64,000 nt of DNA from Octopus sinensis (taxonomy: Eukaryota), in the NCBI RefSeq assembly GCF_006345805.1, contig NC_043022.1, forward strand, positions 9,052,001 through 9,116,000, in the 5' to 3' direction. This document shows positions 1 through 13,797 of the stretch, piece after piece. The translations under genes and the position numbers were made by a program. The first letter of the stretch is position 1, and each line of letters begins with the position of its first letter. The notes beneath the pieces are model-generated. The model was not told where the DNA came from and did not search any database. It saw only the letters and a program-made list of their open reading frames with translations.

Positions 1-359
1 CATCTTGTCCAGCATGCTAACAATCCTGCTACCTTGTGCACTTTGGAGTCACTAAAATAATTGTGCCAATATACTTGACATATATATCCTTTCCCCAATG
101 GTAAGGTTTTGTGTTTATGCAATAAATCTATATAATAATATGCATGCATATATAAATGAAAATCTATTGATGACTGCTTAAATGTGAATGTGTGTGTGTG
201 TGTGCGCGCGCGCATGTTTGTGTGTATTTGTATACTGAAACTCAGAGTAGGGATCTATGATGTTTCTAGATCATAAGTAGGACAAAACTGTAAAATGCAT
301 TGAGTATCATTTGTCATTGTTGTTCACACATCATGCTTTGTTTTTGTGCCTCTTTGAGC

Positions 360-770
360 TCACACATGTACACATACATATACATATGCACACACAAGTA
401 CATACATGCATGCACACCCCTATGCACAAATGTACGTATGCATGCACACTCCCACACACACATAAATAGAAACATAGATACTTAGACAGATCACACACAT
501 ATACATAGAGATAGATAGATACATACATACATACATACATACATACATACATACATACATAGATACATACATACATACATACATACATACATACATACAT
601 ACATACATACATACATACATACATACTTGTATGCATAGAGATACAGACAAACAGATAGATAGAATAGATAGATAAATAGATAGATAGATAGAATAGAATA
701 GGATAGATAGACAGACAGACAGACAGACAGGGATGGACAGATGGAAAGACATTGAGAGACAGATAGATAT
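360..770. repeat. Compound microsatellite (CATA)n/(GATA)n/(GACA)n
   Basis: Visible tandem ACAT, GATA and GACA runs; these account for the overlapping low-complexity ORFs. Confidence 0.95.
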
Positions 771-1241
771 GACCCTATATCTTGACAAGAATTATGAGAT
801 ATATAACGATAGTGCAAAGTCAAAGATGGTCTCTAAGTATATTTTTTGAAATCATGAAAGAAACGCCATCCACTTGAAAACTAAAACCAAGTCAAAGGCT
901 CAACTTACATTGGAAGCTTACCTTCACAATCAAAGCGACTGTTTAATTACTTAGGGTTAGATTCTGAGTTCAAATGCTGCTAGATATTAAGCAGATCAGT
1001 AAAAGAAGGAAGTTCAATAGAAGAATGAAATAAATCTGAAACTAAAGACAAGTCAGGGAAGTCCTAGTGACCCACTAAACTATAACTGAAATAGCAAACA
1101 CAAAAACTAACGGTGTCAGTAGTAGAAAAACAGAAAAATAATAATAACATATTGTTACTTCTCTCATACACTGTATCTGTATATATGTGTGTGTATGTAT
1201 ATATGTATGTGTTTGTCTGTCTGACTGTGTCTATCTATCTT

Positions 1242-1280
<39 letters not shown>

Positions 1281-2009
1281 GTCTGTCTCTCTGTCTGTCT
1301 CTCTATCTATCTAACTATCTATCTATCAATCTGTTTATGCATGCATGTATGTATCTATTTATATGTATATATGTGTCTGTCTATATGTCTATGTTTTTAT
1401 CTTCCTATCTGTCTACCTGGAATTGTCCCCTCTGTGTTCAACTTTGCGTGTCTAAATATAGAAATCTATCTACCAGTCTGTCTATGTCTGTATCTATCTA
1501 TCTAGCTACCTATCGTTTTCTCTCTCTCTCTCTCTCTCCCTATATATCTATCTATCTCCCATTTGTTTTGTTAAATTGAAACAATGACACCTGACAGCCA
1601 AGAAAGTCACTTGTCAAAAGTCGAACCAAATCAGTAAAACGAAAATTCTTCCCTGACCTTTTATATACAATTTTAATTATGTGAAAGAGGCAGGTTGGAA
1701 GAATTTTTCAACTGATGTTACCAGATATAATTTTTTTTTTTTTACAGCTCAATGAATTTTCCAACCTAATCTAAAGTATACTGATTCTTTCAAAAAGAAA
1801 AAAATAGAGAATATTACAAAAAATTTACAGCTGAATATTCAAGATACAAAAGACTTTTGTATGATTTAATGAAGTTTATTATTGTCATTTTATTATTTAT
1901 TGATATCTTTTTTTCTATTAGTCATGATTTGAGAAATATATCTCAAAAGTTTCCTTTCTTACACTTAAGAATTAGACTTGTCTTAGGAAATATACATGGA
2001 AGTGTTCGT

Positions 2010-2360
2010 GGTTTAACAAAGAATGTTCAAGGTTAAAAGATTATTCACAGTTAACAAAGATATTCAAGGTTAACAGAACACTCAAAGTTACAACAGTTCA
2101 AAGATAAAACATTCAAAATGAACAAACATATGTTAACACAAATGTTCACTGTTAACAAAAATGTTCACAGTTAACAAAAATATTCATGATTAACAAACTG
2201 TTCAAAGTAAACAAAACTGTTCAAAAATAATAAAACATCAAAATGAACAAAAATGTGTTGAAATAACAAAAATGTTGGAAATTAAAGAAATGTTCAAAAT
2301 TTACAGAATTAGTTCACAAAAATGTTTGAAATTTACAAAACATTCAAAGTAAACAAATAA
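2010..2360. repeat. Degenerate ~19-bp minisatellite (gttaacaaaaatgttcaca)
   Basis: gttaacaaaa recurs at 2151 and 2170; degenerate copies occur on both sides. Confidence 0.75.
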
Positions 2361-2596
2361 AGTGTAAATTTAAAAAAATTTAATTTGATCTTGAGCCCTA
2401 AAACTCATAAGACCAATTACCCAGTTTTCGCGGCCCCAGAGTGACGAAGATCACAATATTCTTCCAGAAAAGGACATCAATCCATTACAGGGCTCAAAGC
2501 CAACAATTCTGAGGGGAGGGGGACAAGTCAATTACATCAACCTCCATATTTAATGGGTATTTTATCAATCTTGAAGGGATGAAAGGCAAAATTGAC

Positions 2597-3872
2597 GTTG
2601 TGAGTTCAAATTCCGCCGGGGTCGACTTTGCCTTTCATCCTTTCGGGGTCGATAAATTAAGTACCAGTTATGCACTGGGGTCGATGTAATCGACTTAATA
2701 CATATGTCTGTCCTTGTTTGTCCCCTCTATGTTTAGCCTCTTGTGGGTAATAAAGAAATTGGTATTTCAACTGTTTTTACATTCTGAGTTCAAATTCCAC
2801 TGAAATTTGATTTTGCCTTTCATCCTTTGGTATCAATGAAATAGGTACCAGTCAAGTGCTGGGGTCTGTGGTCATTGAGGAACCCATCACCCAAAAATTT
2901 CAGGCCTCATACCTATAGTAGAAGGGATTATTATTATTATAATATAATCATAACTGCACTGAACAAAATACTAAGCTGCATTTCTTCTAGTTTTACATTC
3001 TGAGTTTAATTCTTGCCAAGGTAGACTTTGCCTTTCATCCTATAAGGGTCAATAAAACAAATAGCAAGTTGAACACTGGGCTCAATGTAATCAACTAGCC
3101 CCTCTCCCAGAATTTCAGGCCTTATTCCTGTAGTAGAAAGAATTATTATCATCATCAGCAGCAGCAGCACTATCCGATCGTTGCCAGCCTTGCCTGGCCT
3201 CCGTGCCAGTGGCACGTAAAAAGCACCATCCGATCGTGGCCGTTTGCCAGCCTCGTTTGGCACGTAAAAAGCACCACTTCACTCATGGAGTGGTTGGTGT
3301 TAGGAAGGGCATCCAGCCGTAGAAACATTGCCAGATCAGACTGGGCCTGGTGCATCCTCCTGGCTTCCCAGACCCCAGTTGAACCATCCAACCCATGCTA
3401 GCATGGAAGGCGGATGCTAAACAATGATGATGATGATGATCATCATCATCATAAACAACAAGGGAGTGAGCTGGCAGAATCATTGCTGCATCTGTCATTG
3501 TGTTCTGGGTTCGCCAAGGTTGACATTGCCTTTACTCTTGGGTTGATAAAATAGGTACCCGTTGAGCACTGGGTTTGATGTAATCAAGTTAGGCCCACCC
3601 TCAAAATTGCTGGCCTTGTGCCAAAATTTGAAATCATTACTATTATTATCATAAAGACGGTGAGCTGGCAGAATCATTAGTATGCCAAGCAAATACTTAG
3701 CAGCATTTTGTCTGTCTCTGTGTTCTGAGTTCAAATGCTGCCGAGGTTGACTATACCTTTCATCCTTTTGGAGTCAATAAAGTAAGTACCACATGAACAC
3801 TGGGGTCGGTATAATTGATTTATACCCTCCTCAAAATTGCTGGCCTTGTGCTAAAATTTGAAACCATTATTA

Positions 3873-3910
<38 letters not shown>

Positions 3911-3944
3911 ATCATCATCATTATCATTATTATCATTATTATTA

Positions 3945-3976
<32 letters not shown>

Positions 3977-4205
3977 TAGGTGGTGAGCTGGTAGAATCAT
4001 TATCATGCCAGGTAAAATATTTAGTGGCATTTCATCCACTTCACGTTCCGAGTTCAAATTCCACTGAGGTCAACTTTGCCTTTCATCCTTTTGGAGGTCA
4101 ATAAAATAAGTACTAGTTGAACACTGGGGTCGATATCATCGATTTACACCCTCCCAGAAATTACTGACCTTGTGCCAAAATTTGAAATCATCATCATCAT
4201 CATCA

Positions 4206-4262
<57 letters not shown>

Positions 4263-4435
4263 CTCATGTTCTCAGTTCAAACGAGGTTGACTTTGCCTTT
4301 CATCCTTTTGGGAGTCAATAAAATAAGTACCAGTCACACACTGAGGTCAATGTAACCGACTAGATCCCTTCCCCAAAATTTCAGGCTTTGTGCCTATAGT
4401 AGAAAGGATTATTATTATTATCATCATCATCATCA

Positions 4436-4514
<79 letters not shown>

Positions 4515-4516
4515 TA

Positions 4517-4559
<43 letters not shown>

Positions 4560-4790
4560 CAATCAATAAAATGTGGCAAGCTGGCAGAATTGTTAGCACA
4601 CCAGGCTAAATGCTTAGAACCATTTCATCCATCTTAATATTCTGTATTCAAATTCTGTTGAGGTCAGTTTTGTCTTTTATCCTTTTGGGGTCAATTACAT
4701 AAATACCGGTTGAGGACTGGAGTTGATGTAATCAACTTAACCCCTCCCTCGAATTTACTGGTCTTGTGCCAAAATTTCAAACTATTATTA
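2597..4790 (+). mobile_element. Head-to-tail cluster of ~9-10 tRNA-derived SINE copies (family B) separated by (ATT)n/(ATC)n
   Basis: Repeated ggcgagctggcagaa (A-box-like), gagttcaaattcc (B box) and tttgcctttcatcctttcggggtcgataaaataagtaccag body with an (ATT)n tail; an RTE 3'UTR fragment is nested at 3170-3450. Confidence 0.9.
3170..3450 (+). mobile_element. RTE LINE 3'UTR fragment with (GAT)n tail
   Basis: Matches the 3'UTR of the RTE ORF-bearing copy at 51175-51985 (gagtggttggcgttaggaagggcatccagc...cccatgctagcatgg...gatgatgat). Confidence 0.85.
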
Positions 4791-5374
4791 CCAATCAATA
4801 AATATAATTTTGTTTGTCACAGCAAATATTCAAATGTCACACTTTTAAACAAGCTTAACTACAAAATGAAATCAAAGTGATAACCAGGATGTTTAGCATA
4901 ACAAAACATGTTTGAGTGTTATATACTTTATACATTAGCTGTGAAATGAGTGTGTGTAGTATGTGTTAGTCGTTGTGTAGTGTGTGTGTGTTGTGTATGT
5001 TGGTGATTGTGTAGAATATGTTACGTGTGTGTTTTGGCAATTGCGTTGAGTGTATATGTGTGTTGGTGATTCTGTAGTGTATGTGTTGTGTATGAATTGT
5101 GTGGTGAGTGTAGTGAATTGTGCTATTGATTTAAATCTGTTAAGCATAGGACGGTCACTGTCGGAAGGCTTTTGATCATTAGGACTGCTGAATGAGAATT
5201 GTCTCGGGGTTAAACAACAACAACAACATGATGATTAAAGGACCCTTTACATAGTCACTTGACCCACTAAAACAAAACAAAAAAAAATCCAACTCAATTT
5301 CTCTTAAACGCAGGTTCCTCTTAGCAGCATTATAGGCCCTCAGCCAAATCAGTGCTCCGGGCCCTATCTTCTTT

Positions 5375-6092
5375 TTTACTTATTTCAATCATTGGACTAT
5401 AAGAATCTTTGGACACCACCTTGAAGGGCTTTTAGTCAAACTAATCAACCACAGTACTTGTTCTTTAAAGTCTGGTATTGATACTATCAGCCTCTTTTGC
5501 TGAACCACTAAGTCACAGGGATGTAAATCAACACTGGTTGTGAAGCAGTAACAGGGAAGGCAAAACACAGCCACAAAGACACGCGCGCGCGCGTGTGTGT
5601 GTGTGTGTGTGTATACCATCATCATCATTTAATGTCCATTTTCCATGTTGGCATGCATTAGAAGGTTTGACAAGAGCTGACCAGCTGAGGGTCTGTTCAG
5701 GTTCCATAGTCTCTTTTGACATAGTTTCTATGACTGGATGCCCTTCCTAATGCCAACCACCTCACAGAATGTACTGAGTGGTTTTACACAGCACCAGCAT
5801 GGATGTTTTTCACATGGCACCATCACCTATGAGCCCACAAGATTAGGGATGCTGAGCTGGAGAGGGTTTCAGGGGATGAGCCTGTATGCAAAGACAACCA
5901 TGCTTTTATGTGCATACATACAAACGCACATGATGGGCTATAGGCTTCCACACAGTTTCTGTCAACCAAATTCCTTCATGAGGCGTTGGTTGGCTAGGGG
6001 CTATTGCTCAATGTACTATGCAGTGGGACTGAACCTGAAGCCACATGGTTGGGAAGCAAACTCCTTAACCACACTGCTATGTCTGCACCTAT
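5375..6092 (-). mobile_element. Diverged family A SINE with nested RTE 3'UTR fragment (5618-5860)
   Basis: Similar to the young family A copies; interrupted by catcatcat...ggatgcccttcctaatgccaaccac. Confidence 0.75.
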
Positions 6093-6700
6093 AGAATTTA
6101 TTTATGGACAGTAAGCCACAGCATACATAGATCAGAATTGTGCCCCAAGATCTATGAGGCCCCTGGGTGACTGCTCAGTGTACCTATGTCTTAAGACATT
6201 ACAATTTGGACCACAATAACTTCTTAAAATAGGGAGGACATGATTTGGAATTATAGTCCTAGATGTATTGTATGAATATATGATGAGATGGTCATATCTG
6301 GAATGCTTTAATCATTGATTTATTTAACCTGGGTTGACCTGGGGGTTAAGCAATAACAGTAAAGGACCAGCATTTCAGGATTAGAAACAAAGAATCTTTT
6401 AGTAGAAACATCAAACATTGGAATGGTTCTAAAGAAAAAAATAAAGAAGAATTGCCTACCTACCTACCTCACTCTCTCATTCTCTCTTTCTCTCTATCTC
6501 TCTCTCTCTCTCTCTTTCTCTCTCTCACGCACACAAACACATTCACCCTCTGGCACATTTTCTCTTGCTTTTCACTCTCTCTCTCTTCCTTCCTTTCTCC
6601 TACTCACTAACTTTCTCTCTCTTTCTCTCACCTCATATAAACACACACACACTGACACACTTTCTCTTACCTTTCATTCTCTCCCTCTCCTCTTCTCTCT

Positions 6701-6743
<43 letters not shown>

Positions 6744-7090
6744 CTCTCCTTCATTCTCGAAATCTGTCTCTCAGTCAAAAGACAGACCAGACATTTGTTG
6801 TTGACTTGTAGCTTAACAGTGTTTTTTTTTCCACCTCTTTTTTTCTTTTTTTCTACTTGTCCACATTTCTTAGAAGTCAAGGTTCCAAATCTCCCCCTCT
6901 CCCAACACCACCACCACCACACCATTAACATCAACATCATCACCACCTCAACTTTCTCTTTCATTCCTTGCCCTCTGTGCTAACCACACACACACACACC
7001 CCATCCTTCTAGTCCCAATCCTCTCCTCTCTCTCCTCTTACTGAATTATGCTCTCCTTTTGATCAATGGAAAATATTTTGAAAAACTTAC

Positions 7091-7115
7091 CATTGTATTC
7101 ATTGCTCTTTGAAGT
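7091..7115 (-). other. Candidate 25-nt micro-exon
   Basis: The minus strand reads gttttgttaattcctacAG|ACTTCAAAGAGCAATGAATACAATG|GTAAGT, a good acceptor and consensus donor in unique sequence. Confidence 0.3.
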
Positions 7116-7284
7116 CTGTAGGAATTAACAAAACTCGTTGATTGCAGAGAGCTGCACAGAGAGCAAGACCTTTAGATCTACACATATTATTTATTCAGTT
7201 TTACTTTCAGTTTCACAACATTTTCTAATCATGTGCTATCATTTAGCTCTATTGAACTACTACTACTACTACTACTACTGCTAC

Positions 7285-7319
<35 letters not shown>

Positions 7320-7579
7320 CACTTTTATATCTTCTGATTCCAATGATTCTCCTTCTTCTTCCCATATTTGTTGTTGTTATTCCTAATAAAATTATCCAGT
7401 TGTAGTATTTGTTATTGTTGGTGGTGGGAGTGAGGTGGGAAGGAGAAAAAAAATCAACCACAAAGAAAAAAGAAGACTCGTCTTAGAGGAAAGGAAGATG
7501 AGGAGGTAGAAGAAGAAGAAGAAGAAAATAGACTGGGTCAGAGACATCTATGTGCGGGGTAGAGAGCAAGCTGAAGGAT

Positions 7580-8308
7580 ATCTAAGAATGAACGAATGAA
7601 TGAAAAAGATGGACAGCTGGATGAACAAACAGACAAATGGACAGAGGAATGGATGGAAGGAAGGATGGAAGGAAGGATGAACGGACGGACGGACGGACGG
7701 ACGGACATACAAATGAATGGATGGATAGATGGACAGATGAATGGATGGACAGTTGAATGGATGGATGGACACAAAGATAGACAGACTGACGGAAGGAAAC
7801 ATGGATAGACGGACAAATGGATGCATAGATGGATTGATAGATTAATGGATGGAGAGACAGATGAATGGAAGGACAGACGGATAGATGTGCTGATGGACAG
7901 ATTGATGACTTGATGTATGGACAGAGGAATGGATGGAAGGACAGATGGACGGATAAATGAATGGACGAATGAAAGGATGGCTGTATGGATGGATGGACAG
8001 ATAGGACAGAAGGATAAACAGGTGGATGGACAGATGAAGTGAGACACAGATGAATGCATGGATAGACCAACAGACAACAGATGAACAAGTGGATGCATAG
8101 ACAGTTGGACATAGGAATGGATGGATAGACAGACAAATGGAGATAGAGAAATAGACAGATGGCTAGATAGAAAGATTGAAAGACTAGTCAAAAAGAATGA
8201 CAGAAAGAATGAATGGAAAATGAACAGGATAGAGATAGATATAGATAGATAGATAGATAGATGAAAGGGATATAGATAGATAGATAGATAGATAGATGAA
8301 AGGAATAG

Positions 8309-8340
<32 letters not shown>

Positions 8341-8462
8341 GAAAGGAATAGAGATAGATAGATAGATAGATGATAGATAGATAGATAGATAGATAGATAG
8401 AGATAGATAGATAGATAGATAGATGAAAGGAATAGAGATAGATAGATAGATGAAAGGAATAG

Positions 8463-8534
<72 letters not shown>

Positions 8535-8560
8535 GAAAGGGATAGAGATAGATAGATAGA
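7580..8560. repeat. Degenerate (GATG/GACA)n followed by (GATA)n with a higher-order gaaaggaataga unit
   Basis: Visible; source of the spurious 372-aa ORF. Confidence 0.95.
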
Positions 8561-9277
8561 TACAAGGGTAAACAGATAGGAAGAAAGGAAGACATATAGG
8601 ATAGACTTAAACAAATGAAAAGACCAAAGATAAATAAAAAAAAGAATGATTTTCAAAGAATGATTGAATGAAGAAAAGAAAGAGAGAGAGAAAGAAAGAA
8701 AAGGTCATGCAAGTTTATTTAAGTCGTATTGATAGTATTTTCTATTGAAAGAGAATTACTAATATTTCATGTTTCAGTGGTGAGGGTCTTGCCTGCCTTG
8801 AGGAGATTTTACAGAATGTGTATGTTGTGTGCATTCAGGGAAAGAGAGAGAGAGAGAGAGAGAGAGTGACTGAGTGAGAGAGGGAGAGAGCAAGAGACAC
8901 CTGTGAGATTCAAAAGAAGGATTTTTCAGCAAGATGAAGTGTAAATGCAATCAGGAACTTTAATTATCTCCAACTTTATCTTTCTGGATAGCATAGACAC
9001 TTTCTTTCCAGCCATCAACCCACTCTCCCACCTTCCTAACCCCACCACACCACCTCAGTATCTTTTTTGTTTGTTTTTTTTTTTGCTTTTTTATACTTGG
9101 TTTTCTTATGGAGAAAGAGGGGGAAAAAAGATTTTCTTTTCTGAAGATGGTGAATCTTTTGTAGATTCTCTTTATATATATATACAATGACGATGATGAT
9201 GATATATATATGTGTATGTGTATATATATATGTGTGTGTATATATATGTATGTATGGTATGTATATGTGTGTATGTG

Positions 9278-9308
<31 letters not shown>

Positions 9309-9365
9309 ATATATATGTATGTATATATGTGTGTATATATATATGTATGTATATATGTGTGTGTG

Positions 9366-9402
<37 letters not shown>

Positions 9403-9890
9403 GATTTTATATATTTTTATCAATAGTAGTACTATTACTGTTTTATTTTTTTATGGCAACATATTTTCTAAGCATTCAAAAGACTAGTCCCTGGACACCG
9501 AATACTTTAATACATTCAATGTTTAAGAAAGATATATAACAAAAAATTTCTTAAATAAAAAAAAATTGTATCATTTGATGAAAAAAATTTGAAAAAGAAA
9601 TTAGAAGAAAAAGCACATAATATAATACAGCCATAAAAATAAAAATATTATCATTTTATCTCCATAAAGTTCATTAATTGCACTTCTATTATGCTATGAA
9701 AACTCCAAGTGAAACAGCAGCAGCAGCAACGACAACACCAACAATGATAATATTAATGATGATGATAATACTAATAATGGTGGTGATAGCAGTAGTAGTA
9801 GTAGTAGTAGTAGTAGAAATAGTAGTAGTAGTAGTTGTAGTAATATTAGATATCTCCTTAACGAAATTATGCTATCTTTTTATCTCTTAC

Positions 9891-10028
9891 CTTGGAAGAA
9901 GAGCTCACACTGCAACAAACTAACCCAGCCAGTCGACCAATCATCCAACTGGCCAACCAGGTGTTGATATGCTCTCTCTTCCAACTCCACCACTGTGACA
10001 GAAGTGTGGGAATCTCGCATTAACAGTC
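9891..10028 (-). CDS. Candidate 138-nt phase 1-1 exon (GLLMRDSHTSVTVVELEERAYQHLVGQLDDWSTGWVSLLQCELFFQ), unknown product
   Basis: ttttaattttaAG acceptor, AAG|GTAAGA donor, one fully open frame, higher GC than the flanks; no homolog recognised. Confidence 0.3.
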
Positions 10029-10098
10029 CTTAAAATTAAAAACAATAATTATGACTAGTAAAAGTGCCAAATTAACAATCAGATGCTCATGAGTTTAC

Positions 10099-10156
10099 CC
10101 CTGAGCGATGGGCGGGTATGGGAAACCTTTATTGAGAAGTGGGCTGCATGAGACAT
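10099..10156 (-). CDS. Candidate upstream ATG exon (MSHAAHFSIKVSHTRPSLR) joined in frame to 9891-10028 across a 70-nt GT-AG intron
   Basis: ATG at 10156 with A at -3, donor GG|GTAAAC at 10098, phase compatible. Confidence 0.2.
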
Positions 10157-10809
10157 CGTTCATCATCAGATGAGTTGCACTACTAATGAAATTCAAGATA
10201 ATTTTTCCATTAGATGTGCCATTCAGAAAGTGAAATGGGCCGCAATATGCCTATCACACATGGTGCAAATGATGATGGCTATCTTCATTATTTAGCATTC
10301 GTTTTTCATACTGACATGGGTTGGACAGTTCAACAGGAATGGTGAGCCAAAGGACTGTGCCAAGCACCAGTGTCTATTTTGATATGGTTTCTTTGACAGG
10401 ATCCTTGCTTCCAAATGCCGACCACTTTAAAGAGTGTATTGTATGCTTTTCACATGGCACCAGCACCAGTGAGGGTCACCAAGAAACTCACAAAACACGA
10501 CCTCCCTCAACTGAATGTGGGGCAAGTAGTAGTGAGAGAAGGGACTTTTGTGCCAGGTGATGAGAGATTAAAATATGATAGGGAGACAGGAACAGGTGTC
10601 TTGCTGTAAGGGAGATACATGATTACCCCAGTTGGAAAAGAAAGAGGATAGTTGCAAAGATTCTCTCAAGGTAGAGAAAGGATAATGTTCTAAGGTAAAG
10701 TTCCTTCAAACATCAATTTGCCTGTGACTGTCTACAAGTTCCATGAATGCGCCTCTATGCAGTATTAATCAACTGACTGAGTCATTGGAATATAGATCAA
10801 TATACCTTG

Positions 10810-11445
10810 TGGCATTTATTCTAGTACTTTGAGTTCAAATCCTACCAAGGTCAGCTTTGCCTTTCATTTTTTCAGGGGTTGGCAGAAGGAAGTAACAGTC
10901 CAAGTCAATGGAATGGGAGAATTGTTTAAAGATTGGATCGGATGAGTTGTATTATTTGTTCTGGATCTTAAGGCAGTGAACTGGTAAACTTGTTAGCAAA
11001 TCAAAGAAAATGCTTGACAGCACTTCTTCCTGCTCTTAACATTCTGTGTTCAATTTCTGCTGTCAACTCACCTTTCATCTTTTCAGCATTGATGAAATAA
11101 ATACCAGCTGCACACCAGGGGCCACTGTAATTGACTAGCCTCCTCCTCTAAAATATTAGGCTTTGTGCCTATCAAAGAAAAGATTATCATCATCATCATC
11201 ATCATTAAGGTGGCGAGCTGGCAGAATCATTAACACATCAGGAAAAAAATGCTTCACAGCATTTCTTCTAAGTTCAAATTCCATTGAGATCTACTTTGCT
11301 TTTCATACTTTTGAAGTCGATAAAATAAGCACCAGTCAAGTATCAGGGGTCGATGTAATCAATTTACTCCTCCCCTCAAAAACTACTGGTCCTGTACCAA
11401 GATTTGAAGCTATTATTATCATCATCATCATCATTATTATTTTTA

Positions 11446-11491
<46 letters not shown>

Positions 11492-11601
11492 CATTATTAT
11501 TATTATTATTATTATCATTATTATTATTATCATTATTATTATTATTATTATTTTAATTTTTATTATTAATATTTTTATTTTTATTGTTATTGTTATTATT
11601 A

Positions 11602-11640
<39 letters not shown>

Positions 11641-11870
11641 TATTATTATTATTAAGGCAGCAAGTTTGGTTGAATCATTAGCACTTTGGATAAAATGCTT
11701 GATTGTATTTTTTCTGTCTTGCTACATTTTGTGTTCAAATTCCACCAATGTCGAATTTGCCTTTCACTCTTTTGGGATCCCTAAAATAAGTACCAGTTGG
11801 GCTTTGGGAGCAATGGAATCGACTGTCCTACTCCACGAAAATTGCTGCATTTGTGCCAAAATTTGAAAGT
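10810..11870 (+). mobile_element. Cluster of ~4 family B SINE copies with (ATT)n spacers
   Basis: Same head/body motifs as 2597-4790. Confidence 0.85.
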
Positions 11871-12343
11871 GTTATTTATTCTGGATCTTTGTGTTCTTAG
11901 TTTAACAATGGTCAGCTTGATCTGTCATTTTGACTACCACCTGAGACTTGAATGTCTTTAATGACATGGTCAGCTCTCTGGTTTGACAGTAACATCCTTC
12001 ATTTCATCCATCAGACCTGAAATCCCTGAAAACCCAGCTATCTTATCTGCCCAGTCTTCTTGCCAAAGTCATAGGATTAGCATCCTCAGGCAACTGGACT
12101 TCTTCGTCTACTTGTATTATAGCAAATAATATTTTTCAACACAATTTTTCACTAATTTAGAAATATCCAGTTTTATTTCTTCAAATTATTTCCTCTAAAT
12201 TCTAATTTGAATTCCCTGAAACAACCTTTTTTTAGTTTTCCTTGTTAGCTTATATATTTATATTTCAGGGTTTCACTGAAAAACCTGGTCAAATATAGGT
12301 AGTGTTCATTTTGCAAGACGCCTGCTTTTTTTAGGAGGAATTG

Positions 12344-12650
12344 CCACAGGGTCCTATCAGAAGCACTTTCTGACTAAATTCTCCAGTTTCTGACTAAATT
12401 CTCCAAGTGTGACCAACCGTGACTATGGATACCATCCAACCATCTTCTTCCTGATCTGCCCCTGACTGTCCTGATATATGGCTTAGTTCGAAGAATCTGT
12501 CTTGTGACACTTTCCTGCAATGTGCTAATCACATGTCTGTCGCACCAGAGCTGAGTCCGCTCAATGCAGAGAAATAGCAGCTCAACCTGGAGAGAGACTC
12601 AAATCTCCAAGTTAAGCACCTTGTCAAGTAATGTTCAGCCATTTATATTC
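12344..12650 (-). pseudogene. Decayed RTE (Expander/Rex3-like) LINE ORF C-terminal fragment
   Basis: Minus-strand translation LLFLCIERTQLWCDRHVISTLQESVTRQILRTKPYIRTVRGRSGRRWLDGI...SDRTLW resembles the RTE IERSQLRWFGH...RGRPRTRW motif. Confidence 0.65.
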
Positions 12651-12655
12651 ACAAT

Positions 12656-13063
12656 TACTCTTTACTCTCTTTTACTTGTTTCAGTCATTTGACTGTGGCC
12701 ATGCTGGAGCACCACCTTTAGTCAAGAAAATCAACCCTGGGACTTATTCTTTGTAAGCCCAGTACTTATTCTATCGGTCTCTTTCGCCGAACTGTGAAGT
12801 GACGAGGACGTAAACACACCAGCATCGATTGTCAAGCAAAGCTAGGGGGACAAACACAGACACACAAACACACACACACACATACATATACATATTTACG
12901 ATGGGCTTCTTTCAGTTTCCATCTACCAAATCCACTCACAAGGCTTTGGTCGGCCCGAGGCTATAGTAGAAGACACTTGCCCAAGATGCCATGCAGTGGG
13001 ACTGAACCCGGAACCATGTGGTTGGTAAGCAAGCTTACTTACCACACAGCCACTCCTGCACCT
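12656..13063 (-). mobile_element. Full-length tRNA/CORE-like SINE, family A
   Basis: Head aggtgcaggagtggctgtgtggtaag...ggttcagtccc (A/B boxes), cttgggcaagt CORE-like motif, internal TA/TG tract, tail aagtaaaagagagtaaagag. Confidence 0.9.
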
Positions 13064-13688
13064 ATATTATACCTTTTCAGTCATTAGCCAACATTTATGT
13101 TGGGTACTCATTACAAAAATCTTAAAACTTCTTGTAATGGGTAATCATGTATTAATTCCCCCTAAAAAAATCAGACGTCTTGCAAAATGAACACTCCCTA
13201 TATTTGAAAAGGTTTTTCAGTGAAACCCTGAAATATAAATACATAAGCTTACAAGGAAAGCTAAGAAAGGTTGTTTCAGGAAATTCAAATTAGAATTTAG
13301 AGGAAATAATTTGAAGAAATAAAAATGGATATTTCTAAATTAGTGAAAAATTGTGTTGAAAAATATTACTTGCTATAATACAAGTAGACGAAGAAGTCCA
13401 GTTGTTGTGTTTGGGATTTCAGAAGATAATTAAAAGAAAATAACATGAAAAATAACTTTTTTTCTCAATTTAATTTCTACTGAAAAGTTAGACATGTTTT
13501 TAAAAAAAGCTACTTGGATTTTTCAACAGTTTTTCAATAAAATGCTTAACATACAAGTAGACAAAGGTATTCAGAGGCTGTTTCAGAGATTTCAAGTAAC
13601 ATTTTCACGTGACTAAATGTAAATTCAAATGTTAAAATTGATTATAAAAAATAGGTACTCAAATAATATGCATGTGTATATATATATG

Positions 13689-13759
<71 letters not shown>

Positions 13760-13762
13760 GTA

Positions 13763-13797
<35 letters not shown>

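Larger units (their letters stand above)
12091..13404. repeat. Long inverted repeat, ~250-bp arms (12091-12342 / 13154-13404)
   Basis: caactggacttcttcgtctacttgtatt...ggaatt is reverse-complemented at aattcccc...aatacaagtagacgaagaagtccagttg. Confidence 0.9.

Noticed and set aside
7538-8656. 372-aa ORF and the many YI/CV/HT-rich ORFs
   Set aside because: Translations of microsatellites that lack stops in that frame; no domain content.
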